A stretch of DNA of 63,582 nucleotides, filler included, from Octopus bimaculoides (lineage: Eukaryota), in NCBI RefSeq assembly GCF_001194135.2. It is 5 parts of 5 records of this genome, joined end to end, with 100 filler letters (N's around TTAATTAATTAA, not from the genome) between each part and the next. Parts side by side here need not be neighbours in the genome. Positions count along the whole stretch, not along the records: positions 1 to 9,704 come from NW_026392663.1; positions 9,805 to 30,138 come from NC_068984.1; 3 more parts are not named here. One strand, given 5' to 3'. This document shows positions 1 through 10,900 of the stretch, piece after piece. Below the pieces are notes generated by a model, which ran no database searches, was not told the origin of the DNA, and saw only the letters and a program-made list of their open reading frames with translations. Positions within the stretch are counted from its first letter, which is position 1. Each line of letters opens with the position of its first letter. The position numbers were made by a program, and so were the translations under genes.

Positions 1-458
1 TATATATATATATGTATATATATAGGGAGAGAGAGAGGAAGGAGGAACAGAGATAGAGGAAGAAAGCGTGTGTGAATGTGTGTGGGTCATGTGTGTGTAT
101 GTGTGTGTGTGTGTGTGTGTGGAAAACCGCTGCAGCGCCAACATTTACAAGTACCTAAAATGTACACATAATTATCACCCTTCAAATATTTATATGCTGA
201 AAATAGACAGGAAATTAAGGCGACTAGTTTTAATAGCAACGACGACAAACACACGACAAACACACAATTGAACATATACAAACTATATACAAAGGTATAA
301 TTGTCTGAAGAGGCTGTGGGTCGGTGGTTGATGAAAGAGATAAATAAATAGCAAAGAAATATAATAAACTATATATAAATGGAACGTGAAGTAAAAGTAA
401 AGGTAACATTTTTCTTTAATGAAGAACATAGATGAATTATAAATAGAGAAACCTGAGC

Positions 459-468
459 GTGTGTGTGT

Positions 469-523
<55 letters not shown>
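459..523. repeat. (TG)n microsatellite
   Basis: Direct reading. One of dozens of TG/CA, TA, GA, GATA, CATA and trinucleotide arrays in the window. Confidence 0.95.
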
Positions 524-526
<3 letters not shown>

Positions 527-800
527 TGCTTGCGCATGCATGTATGTAATTACAACTATATGTGTGTATCTGTTATGAACGTATGCATGTAACTAGTCAT
601 ACCATAGTCTGTGGTTTAATCCACCTTTTAGTTGAAATGTTCTTTCTCATATTGCAGCATGGAGCTTCCTTGGAATTCCCTCGTTTCACTTCTTTTCGAT
701 AAATTATATGCGTATATATATCGATGCGAATTGTTTTATTAAGTTGTGTCGAGTTTTACAATTCTGTAAATAATAATAATGGTATTTTTTCATATGCTTA

Positions 801-1011
801 AAGCTTATAACGATCACCATGCAAATGACTAAGGAAATAATCTAATAATGGGACATATAAGCGCTCGACAGAAAAAAAGTAGGCTTTCCCGTACACGTTA
901 GTTCGAGTCCGACGCGTACGAGAAAGCCTACTTTTTTTTCTGTCGAGGGCTTATATGCCTCATTATTAGACTATTTTCCTTAGTCATTTGCATGGTGATC
1001 ATTATAAGCTT
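801..1011. mobile_element. Fold-back (hairpin) element, ~98-bp inverted arms with ~13-nt spacer; MITE-like or retroelement inversion remnant
   Basis: Left arm AAGCTTATAACGATCACCATGCAAATGACTAAGG...GTAGGCTTTCCCGTACACGT matches the reverse complement of the right arm with scattered mismatches. No clear TSD. Confidence 0.75.
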
Positions 1012-2639
1012 ATATTGCAGTGTGTGTGTGTGTGTGTTTGTGTAGTAAGCTTTTTTAATCGTCCCATAAATTGCCTCTTTCTGCGTACACAATTTTAAAG
1101 ATTTTGTGAGTCCGGTCTCCAATATCATTACTAAAATAAGCCTGCTCACACAAGCTAAATACTCCGCATTTACACTGTACTTCTAACTGATCCATTTACC
1201 TTCTGAATGGTAAAATATATTTTGGGAGCTCCGTTTGAAGTTTTATGTCATGATACCCGACGCAGAAATCTTACACTAACCTTCAAAAACATTCTTTTAA
1301 AATATGATATCACCAACATATATATGCATTTTAAAATCTGATATTGCTAGCATGTACACACAATGAAAGCAGACACACCATTCTCTAAGTGTATTTTAGT
1401 TGTAGTGAATACTGTACACTTAATCTTTGATTTCAAAGTACATTTCGGCTTTGAATAACACGAAGTCTATTACTTTTAAAAATAGAAATATGTTAATGTT
1501 ACTTCATATTAGCATTGCCAACTTTGCTTAACTGTAAAAACGGCAATCTTTCCTCCACCACCACTGCCAACGCCGAAAGCAATTTTTTTGCGTAGAAGCT
1601 CAGAATGCTGGGGTATTTATACAATTCGCAAAATACTTCCATTGCCATTTTATGTCTCCAAACAAATTTCTTTGAATTAGTTTTTTTATTTTATTTCATT
1701 TGTATTTCTCATTTTCTAAAAGCCAACCAACTTAATCCGTTAGGACTCGTTTCCTACAAACTCTATTTTTATCTGTTAATTTTTGGCAAACACATGCAAG
1801 ATATATTTTCCGTACCAATAATATCTATTTGTACACCTTATATTCGTAGAGGTATTTTGAAGAAGAAAATTCCACGTTAAAACTAAAACGATCTTTCATT
1901 TTCCAGCTAACGAATAATTATTATGTTATTTTCAACCAATAATATTCCTTTGTTAGTTGCGCTTAGCAAATCAGTGATAGTTACTTTGGTATCAAAACTT
2001 TCTGCATGCACTTAATATTTAAGTGCATAACGTGGATATTTTGTTAGAAGGCAGGACACTGCGGTATGTGCCTTCAGAGGTCCTCTCATATAGACGCATG
2101 GTGCGTAAAAGCAATGAGATTACGCCGGTATGCGGCGACCGGGCATCTATCACTAAAGATGCACAGTACGCTAAAATAACGTGATCTGGCACGCACGGCG
2201 CTCTGCCGGACGATTCTCGTCTGCTACGATATGTGCTTGTGCTTTTATGTACCACGCTTCCATATGAGGTGACCTCTCAAGGTGGATGTTACAGTATTCG
2301 GTGTTCTAAGTGGCCATCAGCGTTTTAAGTTAGACATAAGCTGAAGTTTCTTGAATTGTTACTCTCAATGTACACGTTACCGATTCTTCAATCGGTTAAA
2401 GTAGGGTACGAGAGTGACAATATGTAAGATAAAATATTCGCAAGCACATCGATGTAATAGGAGTCGTCAATGCATCGAGATTTTATTGGTTGTTGTAAGA
2501 AACTGTTAAAAAGTGGCAAACGTCTATTCATTTTCAGAACTATTCTCGTGCCAAAAGCGCACGAGGTGTTTTCAGTATCATATATATATGTGTGTGTATG
2601 TATGTGTGTGTGTATTTGCTTACATACATACATACATGT

Positions 2640-2830
2640 GATGTGACTGATGGCCGTCCACTCGTGACCGAGGAAGACCATTGCCGACCTTCAGGAACAT
2701 TGCGCGCTCTAGGACTAACTTATATTTTGTATTTGCGGCTCCGTTGGTGGCTAATGAGCCCTGCTTTTGACAAGCATACACGACTGCAAACATTGCAGAT
2801 TAAGCTTTCCCCATTCACTATATATACATA
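2640..2830 (-). mobile_element. RTE-type LINE, extreme 3' fragment (C-terminal CxxC...H finger and 3' UTR) with (ATGT)n tail
   Basis: Minus frame reads GESLICNVCSRVCLSKAGLISHQRSRK*, similar to RTE ORF2 C-termini. It is followed by ATGGTCTTCCTCGGTCACGAGTGGACGGCC and a short-repeat tail. Confidence 0.7.
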
Positions 2831-3116
2831 CATACAGCTTTCCCCATTCACTATACATACATACATACATACATACATACATACATACATACATACACAC
2901 ATACATATATCCATGCAAGTATACATTCATACATATATGATACACTTAATCAAAGAAGCTGGCTATTGTTAATAATGCTTTAATGTTAATACACATATAT
3001 AAGTGCTATTTTTAATTTTAATTATCTGACCGAATTTCAGGCTACGGCAAATGTAGCTGATGAAAGATAAACTATCTTATGCTATTCGTAGTTGAGAAAA
3101 AAATTATGATTTTCTT

Positions 3117-3262
3117 TGTAAGAAGCTTGCGTGCCAAGCAGATGGTTTCATGTTCAGTCGCAACTGTGTGGCACCTTGGGAAAATGTCTTTTATCTAGTC
3201 CACATCACCAAAGGCCTTTAAATGGAGTTGGGATGCGGCAACTGAAAGAAACCCGTCGTATA
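3117..3262 (+). mobile_element. SINE family A, 5' half (tRNA-like head plus CORE-like segment), diverged
   Basis: GTGGCACCTTGGGAAAATGTCTT...AACTGAAAGAAACCCGTCGTATA aligns with the better copies at 25186-25349 and 45509-45665. Confidence 0.8.
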
Positions 3263-3284
3263 TGCACACACACACACATACACA

Positions 3285-3331
<47 letters not shown>

Positions 3332-3394
3332 ACACACACACACACACACATATATGTATATAACATAAAACAAGGAAAATGCACTCAGTTCACA

Positions 3395-3620
3395 TAGTGT
3401 TAATATATTTTTACTATATTTTATAAAGGAAAGAGTATTGTGTTTGTCGACCGGTTTCGCTTTCGCTAATCATGACATTGAAGTTATTGTAATTTCGTAG
3501 TTTCTTAAGCAGATTTTAGTCCATGTTCTTGTATGGAAGTTTGTAAATGAATTAAGTAGTAAAAATTTCGGAACAGGGAAGGTAATTGCTCATTTTTTGG
3601 AGGTGGGAATAAATAAATAT
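3395..3620 (-). mobile_element. Solo Penelope-like 3' terminal repeat (same family as 30244-30993)
   Basis: Aligns with the reverse complement of 30820-30990 (TTGTGTTTGTCGACCGGTTTCG...CATGACATT; ACAGGG..G.TAATTGCTCAT.TTT). Confidence 0.75.
3445..3477 (-). ncRNA. Minimal type I hammerhead ribozyme fold with A3-U8 core variant
   Basis: Minus strand: UGUC-AUGAUUA-GC(GAAA)GC-GAAA-C(CG)G-UC^GACA. Stem I 4 bp, stem II 2 bp with GAAA loop, short stem III, GUC site. Confidence 0.65.
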
Positions 3621-3828
3621 TAAAAAAACTCAAAAACTATGTTTAACCATGGGCATACATATGCAAGCATATTACGTTCATAAATGATAGGTAAAGACAA
3701 GGATAAACATGAGTTTATCAAGAATCAAAATTTAAAGGAAACAGAAAATGGAGAAATATTGATGAACAACAATTGACTTACATCAATTATTATTTATTTA
3801 TTCAATACAAATAGGCTGCATATATATA

Positions 3829-3872
<44 letters not shown>

Positions 3873-3896
3873 TATATCTATATCTATCTATATATA

Positions 3897-3935
<39 letters not shown>

Positions 3936-3960
3936 ATATATATATATATATATGTATATA

Positions 3961-4090
3961 TCCAGGCTTAAAATATAAGTTCTGCTGTTGATTCATTCGA
4001 GTAAGAAGATTCTCTTAGGTGGTGCTCCAGCATGGCCGCAGTCTAATGACTGAAACAAGTAAATGACAAAAAAATAATAAAAGAGAAACA
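3961..4090 (+). mobile_element. SINE family A, 3' tail
   Basis: GGTGGTGCTCCAGCATGGCCGCAGTCTAATGACTGAAACAAGTAAA matches the family A tail. Confidence 0.85.
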
Positions 4091-4284
4091 TAGGCATTGT
4101 CTCTTATATGACTTCAGATTTACGAACTACTAAGTACTGTCTTGTTGATAAACCTAACGACAAATTACCGTAAATTCCAACTATCACTCAATGATACATA
4201 AAAAGTTAGTTAATAACATTAGCGAGTACAATATGCAGCTTATCATCAGACAATGAATCCGTTAACAGTACAGCTCATCATTAC

Positions 4285-4327
<43 letters not shown>

Positions 4328-4819
4328 AAGGGAGAGAGAGAAAGAAAGAGCAGTTCCAAAAATAGAATAACAAGACCTTCGTAAGCACGAAAAAACAAAC
4401 GGAATAGCGTGTAATTATTGCTGGAGTTTAATCGGGCATTCCAACAATACTTTTTCTAAACCTTATCAATAAGCATTTCTCGCTAGATCATAGATATCAC
4501 AAGATATTTCATAAAAATAGTCTAAAGGTGAGCTGCAGTTGAACCATAAACTTCGTTGATTCCATACATATTATCACAGTATAAAACTTTCCAGGACGAA
4601 CACGTAATTTTATTCTTCTCTGAATAATTGCAACAGCTATAGTATCTGCTTTCTAACTCGCGATCTTTCCTTCTAAAGCATTAGTTTACGCGGTAAAGCT
4701 TCAGGTAGAAAACAATAATAGCATGAGAAAGCAAAATGCTTTCAATTCTGTCAGCATACAAACGGCCCTCAAAAAGCTTTTGTGATTAAAGTGGCCTGCA
4801 ATGTAATTCCAGTTTGCCA

Positions 4820-5170
4820 GGCCAGGACTAAAAACCTTCCAAGGCAGTGCCCCAGCATGGCCGCAATCTAATGACTTAAGTAAAAAATAAAAGAGAAAAG
4901 ATGCATGTGCAAACATTCTCTCACACTCGCATACAGATATGTCTTTATCTTTCACTTGTTTCAATCATTAAACTGCGGCCAAGCTGGAGCTCCGTCTTGG
5001 AGGGTTTAGTCAAACAAATCGATACCAAGTACTGTTTTGCTTTACTTCTTTTTTTTTTTTTAGTCTACTACCTGTTTTATNNNNNNNNNNACTTACTTTT
5101 AGACGAACTGCTAAGTTACAAGGACGAAAACAAATCAAAACCAGTTGTCAATCGGTGTTGGCATGGGAGG
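4820..5170. mobile_element. Two SINE family A tails in tail-to-tail orientation (+ 4820-4900; - 4950-5170)
   Basis: CCCCAGCATGGCCGCAATCTAATGAC on plus. CACTTGTTTCAATCATTAAACTGCGGCCAAGCTGGAGC and CTGCTAAGTTAC...CCAGTTGTCAATCGGTGTTG on minus. Confidence 0.75.
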
Positions 5171-6139
5171 ATAAACACACATTCTGGGACTGATAGCAAC
5201 TTGTCCTGTTATGCCAGAGGCCTAGCAACGAGGATTATCCTACACACTTTTCTTAACAAAGTGAAGGGCCCTGTCAGAGAGCCCTGATCGACTTGGGTGA
5301 GGTGATGTGGACTCCTTTCCTTCTCTGGTGAATTGCACAACCATTCCAGGATTTTCTGCGATCCAAGCGGGATCCCAAGATTTTCTGCGATTTTACGCGT
5401 GTGAAGTCTACCATCAGACTAACTGACAATACGGCCTCTTTGAAATTCGAACAATTCTAAGGCTTCTTTTGTACGCGGCATGATTAAACAGTCGCATATA
5501 GAATCTGAACCATAAAAATGTCAATTAACAAAAAAATATATATACTTTTTCAAGTTGAACTATACATAAAACGAACGCTTTATGGGGTGTCTATTTACTT
5601 CCGTCATGTGTGTGTGTGTGCATAGGTTTTTAACAAGTTTTGATTAGTTAATACCTCCCACTATTACTCCATACGCGTCCCCTCTTACTTTTCTAACAAA
5701 CTAATGTTTACATAACGTAGATACTCAACATATGAATATATAGTCCTCATCCATCTTATCTTGAAAGCTTTTTACCACCATCGTGTATTCCTGTGAGAAA
5801 AAATATGTAAGCATTAGCCTTTTGAATGAGATAACCCTCAAGATACATGGACACTTTGTTGTTATTATTTACATCTAAAACTATTAACATGGTTCGAATA
5901 TTCCAAAGCACTGTTAACATAGTGACCAGATTGAAACATGTGTAGATACCTCTTATACACATTGTATTTATTTTACGTTAATGTATGTTCGTTTAAATCT
6001 TATTTGTAATAAACTATTTACTGTGTTCATATTGTGATACAAATAAGATAAGTATCCACTATAATTTTCTCCTTTTTCTTATAGTAATAGTTATGTGTGT
6101 GTGTGTACATACACATATGTATGTGTGCGGGGAGAGAGA

Positions 6140-6186
<47 letters not shown>

Positions 6187-6537
6187 TATGCACATATTTA
6201 TTATGCATTCATATGCATATATTCATTAAAAAAACGTATATATATACATAGTGATAAGGCGGCGTTGTGTACGCTCATATAAACATGTTTTATCAAATCT
6301 TATTGAATAAATATTGTTTAGTGTCTTAAATTTATTGTTAATTGTACCGAATGTATACAGACTGTCTTCTGTTCCGTTTCCACGAAACTTTCGATGAATG
6401 TCGTCAGCGATTTTTAGCAGACGACAAATAAAAACAAAGTTTCTAAACAAATTTTTCTATGAAAATTCTATGAAGATAACTCAGAAACGCATTTAAAAGA
6501 GAACTGAAACAGTGTAACGAATAAATTTGTAAAATTT

Positions 6538-7205
6538 AAGAGTCATGGCTTTGTAGTAAGGCGTTTGCTTCCTTGCCAAATGGCTTCAGCCTCAGTTCCA
6601 CTGCGTGGCTATAGCCTCGAGTTGGCCAAAGCCTTGTCAGTNNNNNNNNNNNNNNNNNNNNNNNNNNNNNNNNNNNNNNNNNNNNNNNNNNNNNNNNNNN
6701 NNNNNNNNNNNNNNNNNNNNNNNNNNNNNNNNNNNNNNNNNNNNNNNNNNNNNNNNNNNNNNNNNNNNNNNNNNNNNNNNNNNNNNNNNNNNNNNNNNNN
6801 NNNNNNNNNNNNNNNNNNNNNNNNNNNNNNNNNNNNNNNNNNNNNNNNNNNNNNNNNNNNNNNNNNNNNNNNNNNNNNNNNNNNNNNNNNNNNNNNNNNN
6901 NNNNNNNNNNNNNNNNNNNNNNNNNNNNNNNNNNNNNNNNNNNNNNNNNNNNNNNNNNNNNNNNNNATATATGTATATGTATGCATGTGTTTGTTTTTCT
7001 TTGAGTTTGTACCCGCTACTGCATGACAAACGGCTTTGATTTGTTGACATCTTTGTAATGTAGTGGTTGTACAAAAAAAGACCGATAAAATAAGAACTAG
7101 ACTTTAAAAAAATACGTACTGTGGTCGATTTTTTCAACTTAGCCTCTCAAGGCAGTTGCTCAGCGTGGCCGCACTCCAATGATTTAATCAAGTAAAAGAA
7201 AGTGA
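6538..7205 (+). mobile_element. SINE family A, near full length and diverged, with N gap at the internal microsatellite
   Basis: Head (CCACTGCGTGGC...TATAGCCTCGAG..CCAAAGCCTTG) lies before the gap. Second half and tail (GACCGATAAAATAAG...CAGCGTGGCCGCACTCC) lie after it. Confidence 0.75.
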
Positions 7206-7965
7206 AATATAAGATATCTTCCATAAAATTTATGGAAATGTTATTACAGAAACTATTTCTTCGTTGACAGAAGCGAAGAGGTTATATAATAAAGCACGAA
7301 AATAGGGAAATATACAGAGGTTTGTTTGCTGGCAACAACTGAAAATTTTTTATTGAAACCAAAGAAACTATCTTGTAGCCATTTTGATTTAGCAGACGAT
7401 AATAAGAGAGTTAATGAAATCAAGTGGTATTAGAATGGGTTAATGAACAGGAGACGGGCGGTAGGAGAAAATTTATAAGCTTTATGAAAATACCTCTGAG
7501 ACATGTTAATTGACGACTGAAAATATAATACGACTATTATATATATGCTGAATTATTAGCATGATTCGAATAATAGATATATATTCGTTTCAAATTTTGG
7601 CACAAGGCCAGAAATTTAGTCGATTACATCAACTCTTGTAAACGACTGGTATTTATTTCATCACCCCGAAAGGATGACAAGCAAAGTTGACCTCGGTGAT
7701 ATCCTTCTGAAAATGCATTGAAATGTTGCAATAGATGCCATTGAATAGCAGACGATAGGAAGAAATGTCGAGAGAATTTGCGGAAATATTAAGATGTGCG
7801 TATATTAGCAAGCAACAGGTGAGATGTACGAAAATATCACGGAGTTATTTCATAAAGCAGACGACCAGTTGATAAAATTTACGGTGTCAAAACAGAGCCA
7901 TTTGATTCGCAGTTAATTGACAGAAAAAGTTACAGAAATATCAACCAACTATTTATTACCTATTA

Positions 7966-8018
<53 letters not shown>

Positions 8019-8226
8019 NNNNNNNNNNNNNNNNNNNNNNNNNNNNNNNNNNNNNNNNNNNNNNNNNNNNNNNNNNNNNNNNNNNNNNNNNNNNNNNNNN
8101 NNNNNNNNNNNNNTTTGATGGAAGAAAATCAGTAAAACTTCTACGAAAATATCACAGAGCTCTTTCAGTCGCGGACATCAACGTGTTTATGCATTATATT
8201 CTTTAAATAATAATAATAATAATAAC

Positions 8227-8259
<33 letters not shown>

Positions 8260-8614
8260 TAGATAGAAGAACTTAAGAACTACGAAAATATCACTGTGAG
8301 ATATTTAATAGCAGACGACAGAAAAATGAGTGCAGAATATTTAATGGAAATATCACAGAACCATTGATTAGCAGCCGACAGAAGAAATTGTCCAGACAAT
8401 GTAGGGGAAACGTCATTGAAATATTAACTTTCAGATAATAGAAAGAAATAATAAACATGTTGCGAAAGCTGTGAGAGAGAAAGAAAACAAATAATAACTG
8501 CGCCATACTTAAATTTAAGCAAAACGACAGCACAACTGTGTGAGCAAATGGAGGGAGGTTTCGAGCGATATTTTTTTTTTTAAACAAAATTTTGCAGGGT
8601 TTTACAACTCTTAT

Positions 8615-8670
<56 letters not shown>

Positions 8671-9159
8671 TTACTACTGCTGCTGCTGCTGCTGCTTGAT
8701 GTTTTAGTTATCTGATGACCTGGCTTTCTTTATCTGCACTGATTTGTAAATATACATTTGTATTGTACAATGCCTAGCATGCATATTACTGTAGACATGT
8801 AAAATAATGTGTTAAACACCAAAGCTATTATTACATGGTGATGGATACAAAACGGCCGTAAACATAAGGATGGCAAATAGTTAAATAAATACATTCAACT
8901 CTCACACCACCGGGCTTTTTATGGTTTATGTACCTCTCGTGAAATAATTTCATCAATTGGATCTCCTGGATTTCAGCTGCATGTATCTCTGCATGTATGT
9001 ATTGGATTAGTATGTAGTCTGCTAGCCGGGTCCACTGGAAGAGCTTTCTGTGATAACCACATAATTTTATGAATCCACATATTTGCAGTATGTGTGAGTG
9101 TATGTGTGTGTGTGTGTGTGTATGCGCGATCACATATAAAAATATCTCGCCAACCTGAC

Positions 9160-9216
9160 GACGATGATAACATTAATGATGATGACGATGATGATGATGA
9201 CGACGACGACAACGAC

Positions 9217-9248
<32 letters not shown>
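9160..9248. repeat. (GAT/GAC)n microsatellite
   Basis: Direct reading. Confidence 0.95.
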
Positions 9249-9249
<1 letters not shown>

Positions 9250-9704
9250 ATACACTGAGGTTTGTACAAGAAAGCATGGCGGCCACCAAGCTTTCAGTGC
9301 GTTATAAATGTGCGCAATTGTGACTTAAATGTTAACAACAACAATAAGAAGAATAAGAAAAACAACGAGAACGACTCAGTCGAGAAGAAGAAACACAGGA
9401 AATATGGTGACAACAATAACAAAAGAACAGGAAACGCGTAGGGCTATATATATGTGTATATATATATGTGTGTGTGTTATATATATATATATATATATAT
9501 TTTAAAAAATAACGTCGACCACTAACGTGGACAATTAATGCGCTAGAAATAGATCACATCTTGTGTCTATTAAGACTTAAATTGTTCTCAACATGAAATA
9601 TAGCAGCATACGAAAACGTAAGCGGGCAAGACATTTAAAATCACCTAAAAAAGCATTTTTAAACAGGGACCGGTTTCGGATTTAACAAATTCTTACCATT
9701 TGTC

Positions 9705-9804
9705 NNNNNNNNNNNNNNNNNNNNNNNNNNNNNNNNNNNNNNNNNNNNTTAATTAATTAANNNNNNNNNNNNNNNNNNNNNNNNNNNNNNNNNNNNNNNN
9801 NNNN
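9705..9804. other. Assembly gap placeholder: 44 N + TTAATTAATTAA + 44 N (also at 30139-30238, 52019-52118, 60127-60226)
   Basis: Identical 100-bp structure occurs four times. The 12-mer is palindromic and has a stop codon in all six frames. Confidence 0.95.
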
Positions 9805-10019
9805 TGACCTCATCTCCTCCTCCCGTCTATCCGCCACCGCCTCCAACCTCATTGTCCGCACCGTCGCACCACCACCATTTACTTCCCCCCCCCCAAAAAA
9901 AAAATCCACAAACCTAACAACCCTGGCCGCCTCATCGTCTCCTCCTGTAACTGCCCCACCGAGCTTATCTCCAAAGCACATCATTTCTTTTTCTCGTAAC
10001 TGTGATCATCAGGCGAGAA

Positions 10020-10900
10020 CCCTTTTCTTTTTGTTGGAATAATTTCATACAATAATTTCATATACAATAGGTTCGTTCATGTGTCGCCGATCATCGTCTC
10101 CATTGCTTTGTTTCTAATGTTGGAGTAGAGTGCCGTTTATGGTTATGCGTGCCTTATTTATGAATTCGTTGTGAGCTCAACACTGGTCAGCGTTGCTATT
10201 TTTTATCGGTGTGTGGTCTTTTAACACTTTATTTTTTCGAAATTCTATTATACTGAAGTTTTTTCTGGAACTTTTTTGCCTGCATATCGTTTCACATTAG
10301 CCAATTCAGTTTTAGTGTTGTTTCTACCTGTCTGTTGTGTAATCGTATCCAGTTTTGTCAGAATTGTTTATTTCTTCATAGCTTATCCATAGGTAGGTTG
10401 GTATTTGCCATGTATATTCCTGTTAATTACGTTACTCATATCCTGTTTTGCTTAAGTTTTATTTTATATCTTAATTTGCCAAAACGTTTTTAATGTACTA
10501 TGTTAGGGGCTCTGCATTTTATATCTCACGTTTCTAAACGATCTTTGTTTTCCTAGGTTAAAGTGTTTTGTTGTTCTGCTGATTGTTGTGCCTCTACTTT
10601 CATTACTACTTTTGATGCATTCGTATATATTTACTCTGTTTGCAGTTCGGTTTAGTTTTTCACAGTGAATTGTCTAGTGTCTGCAACAAAATACTACCTA
10701 AAGGACCAAATTAGAAAAGAGGCTACACTGTCTATTACTGTGCACGTTATATTATATTCATAATATAATTTTCCTCTTAAGTCCCAGATGCATGTCGATA
10801 AAGACGTACCGTTTCTTCGGTAGACAATGCGTAGCAAGTTTGTGTTATGTATATTTGACTTTGAATATTCTGCGAGGTGTTTGATATAGTTTTTTTTTTC
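10020..10900 (-). mobile_element. Possible highly decayed Penelope-like RT remnant
   Basis: A-rich minus strand. Broken frames give ...TINGTLLQH / NKAMETMIGDT*TNLL, loosely like the RT motif FNG..YxQ..GTAMGT.MAP.YANL. Weak. Confidence 0.3.

Noticed and set aside
68-537. HT/CV/YI/LS/RE-repeat ORFs throughout the window
   Set aside because: Translations of CA/TG, TA, CT/GA and GATA microsatellites.
836-880. CTAATAA...GAGGC/GCCTC in the 801-1011 hairpin as a hammerhead
   Set aside because: G5 and the GAAA segment are missing; not supportable.
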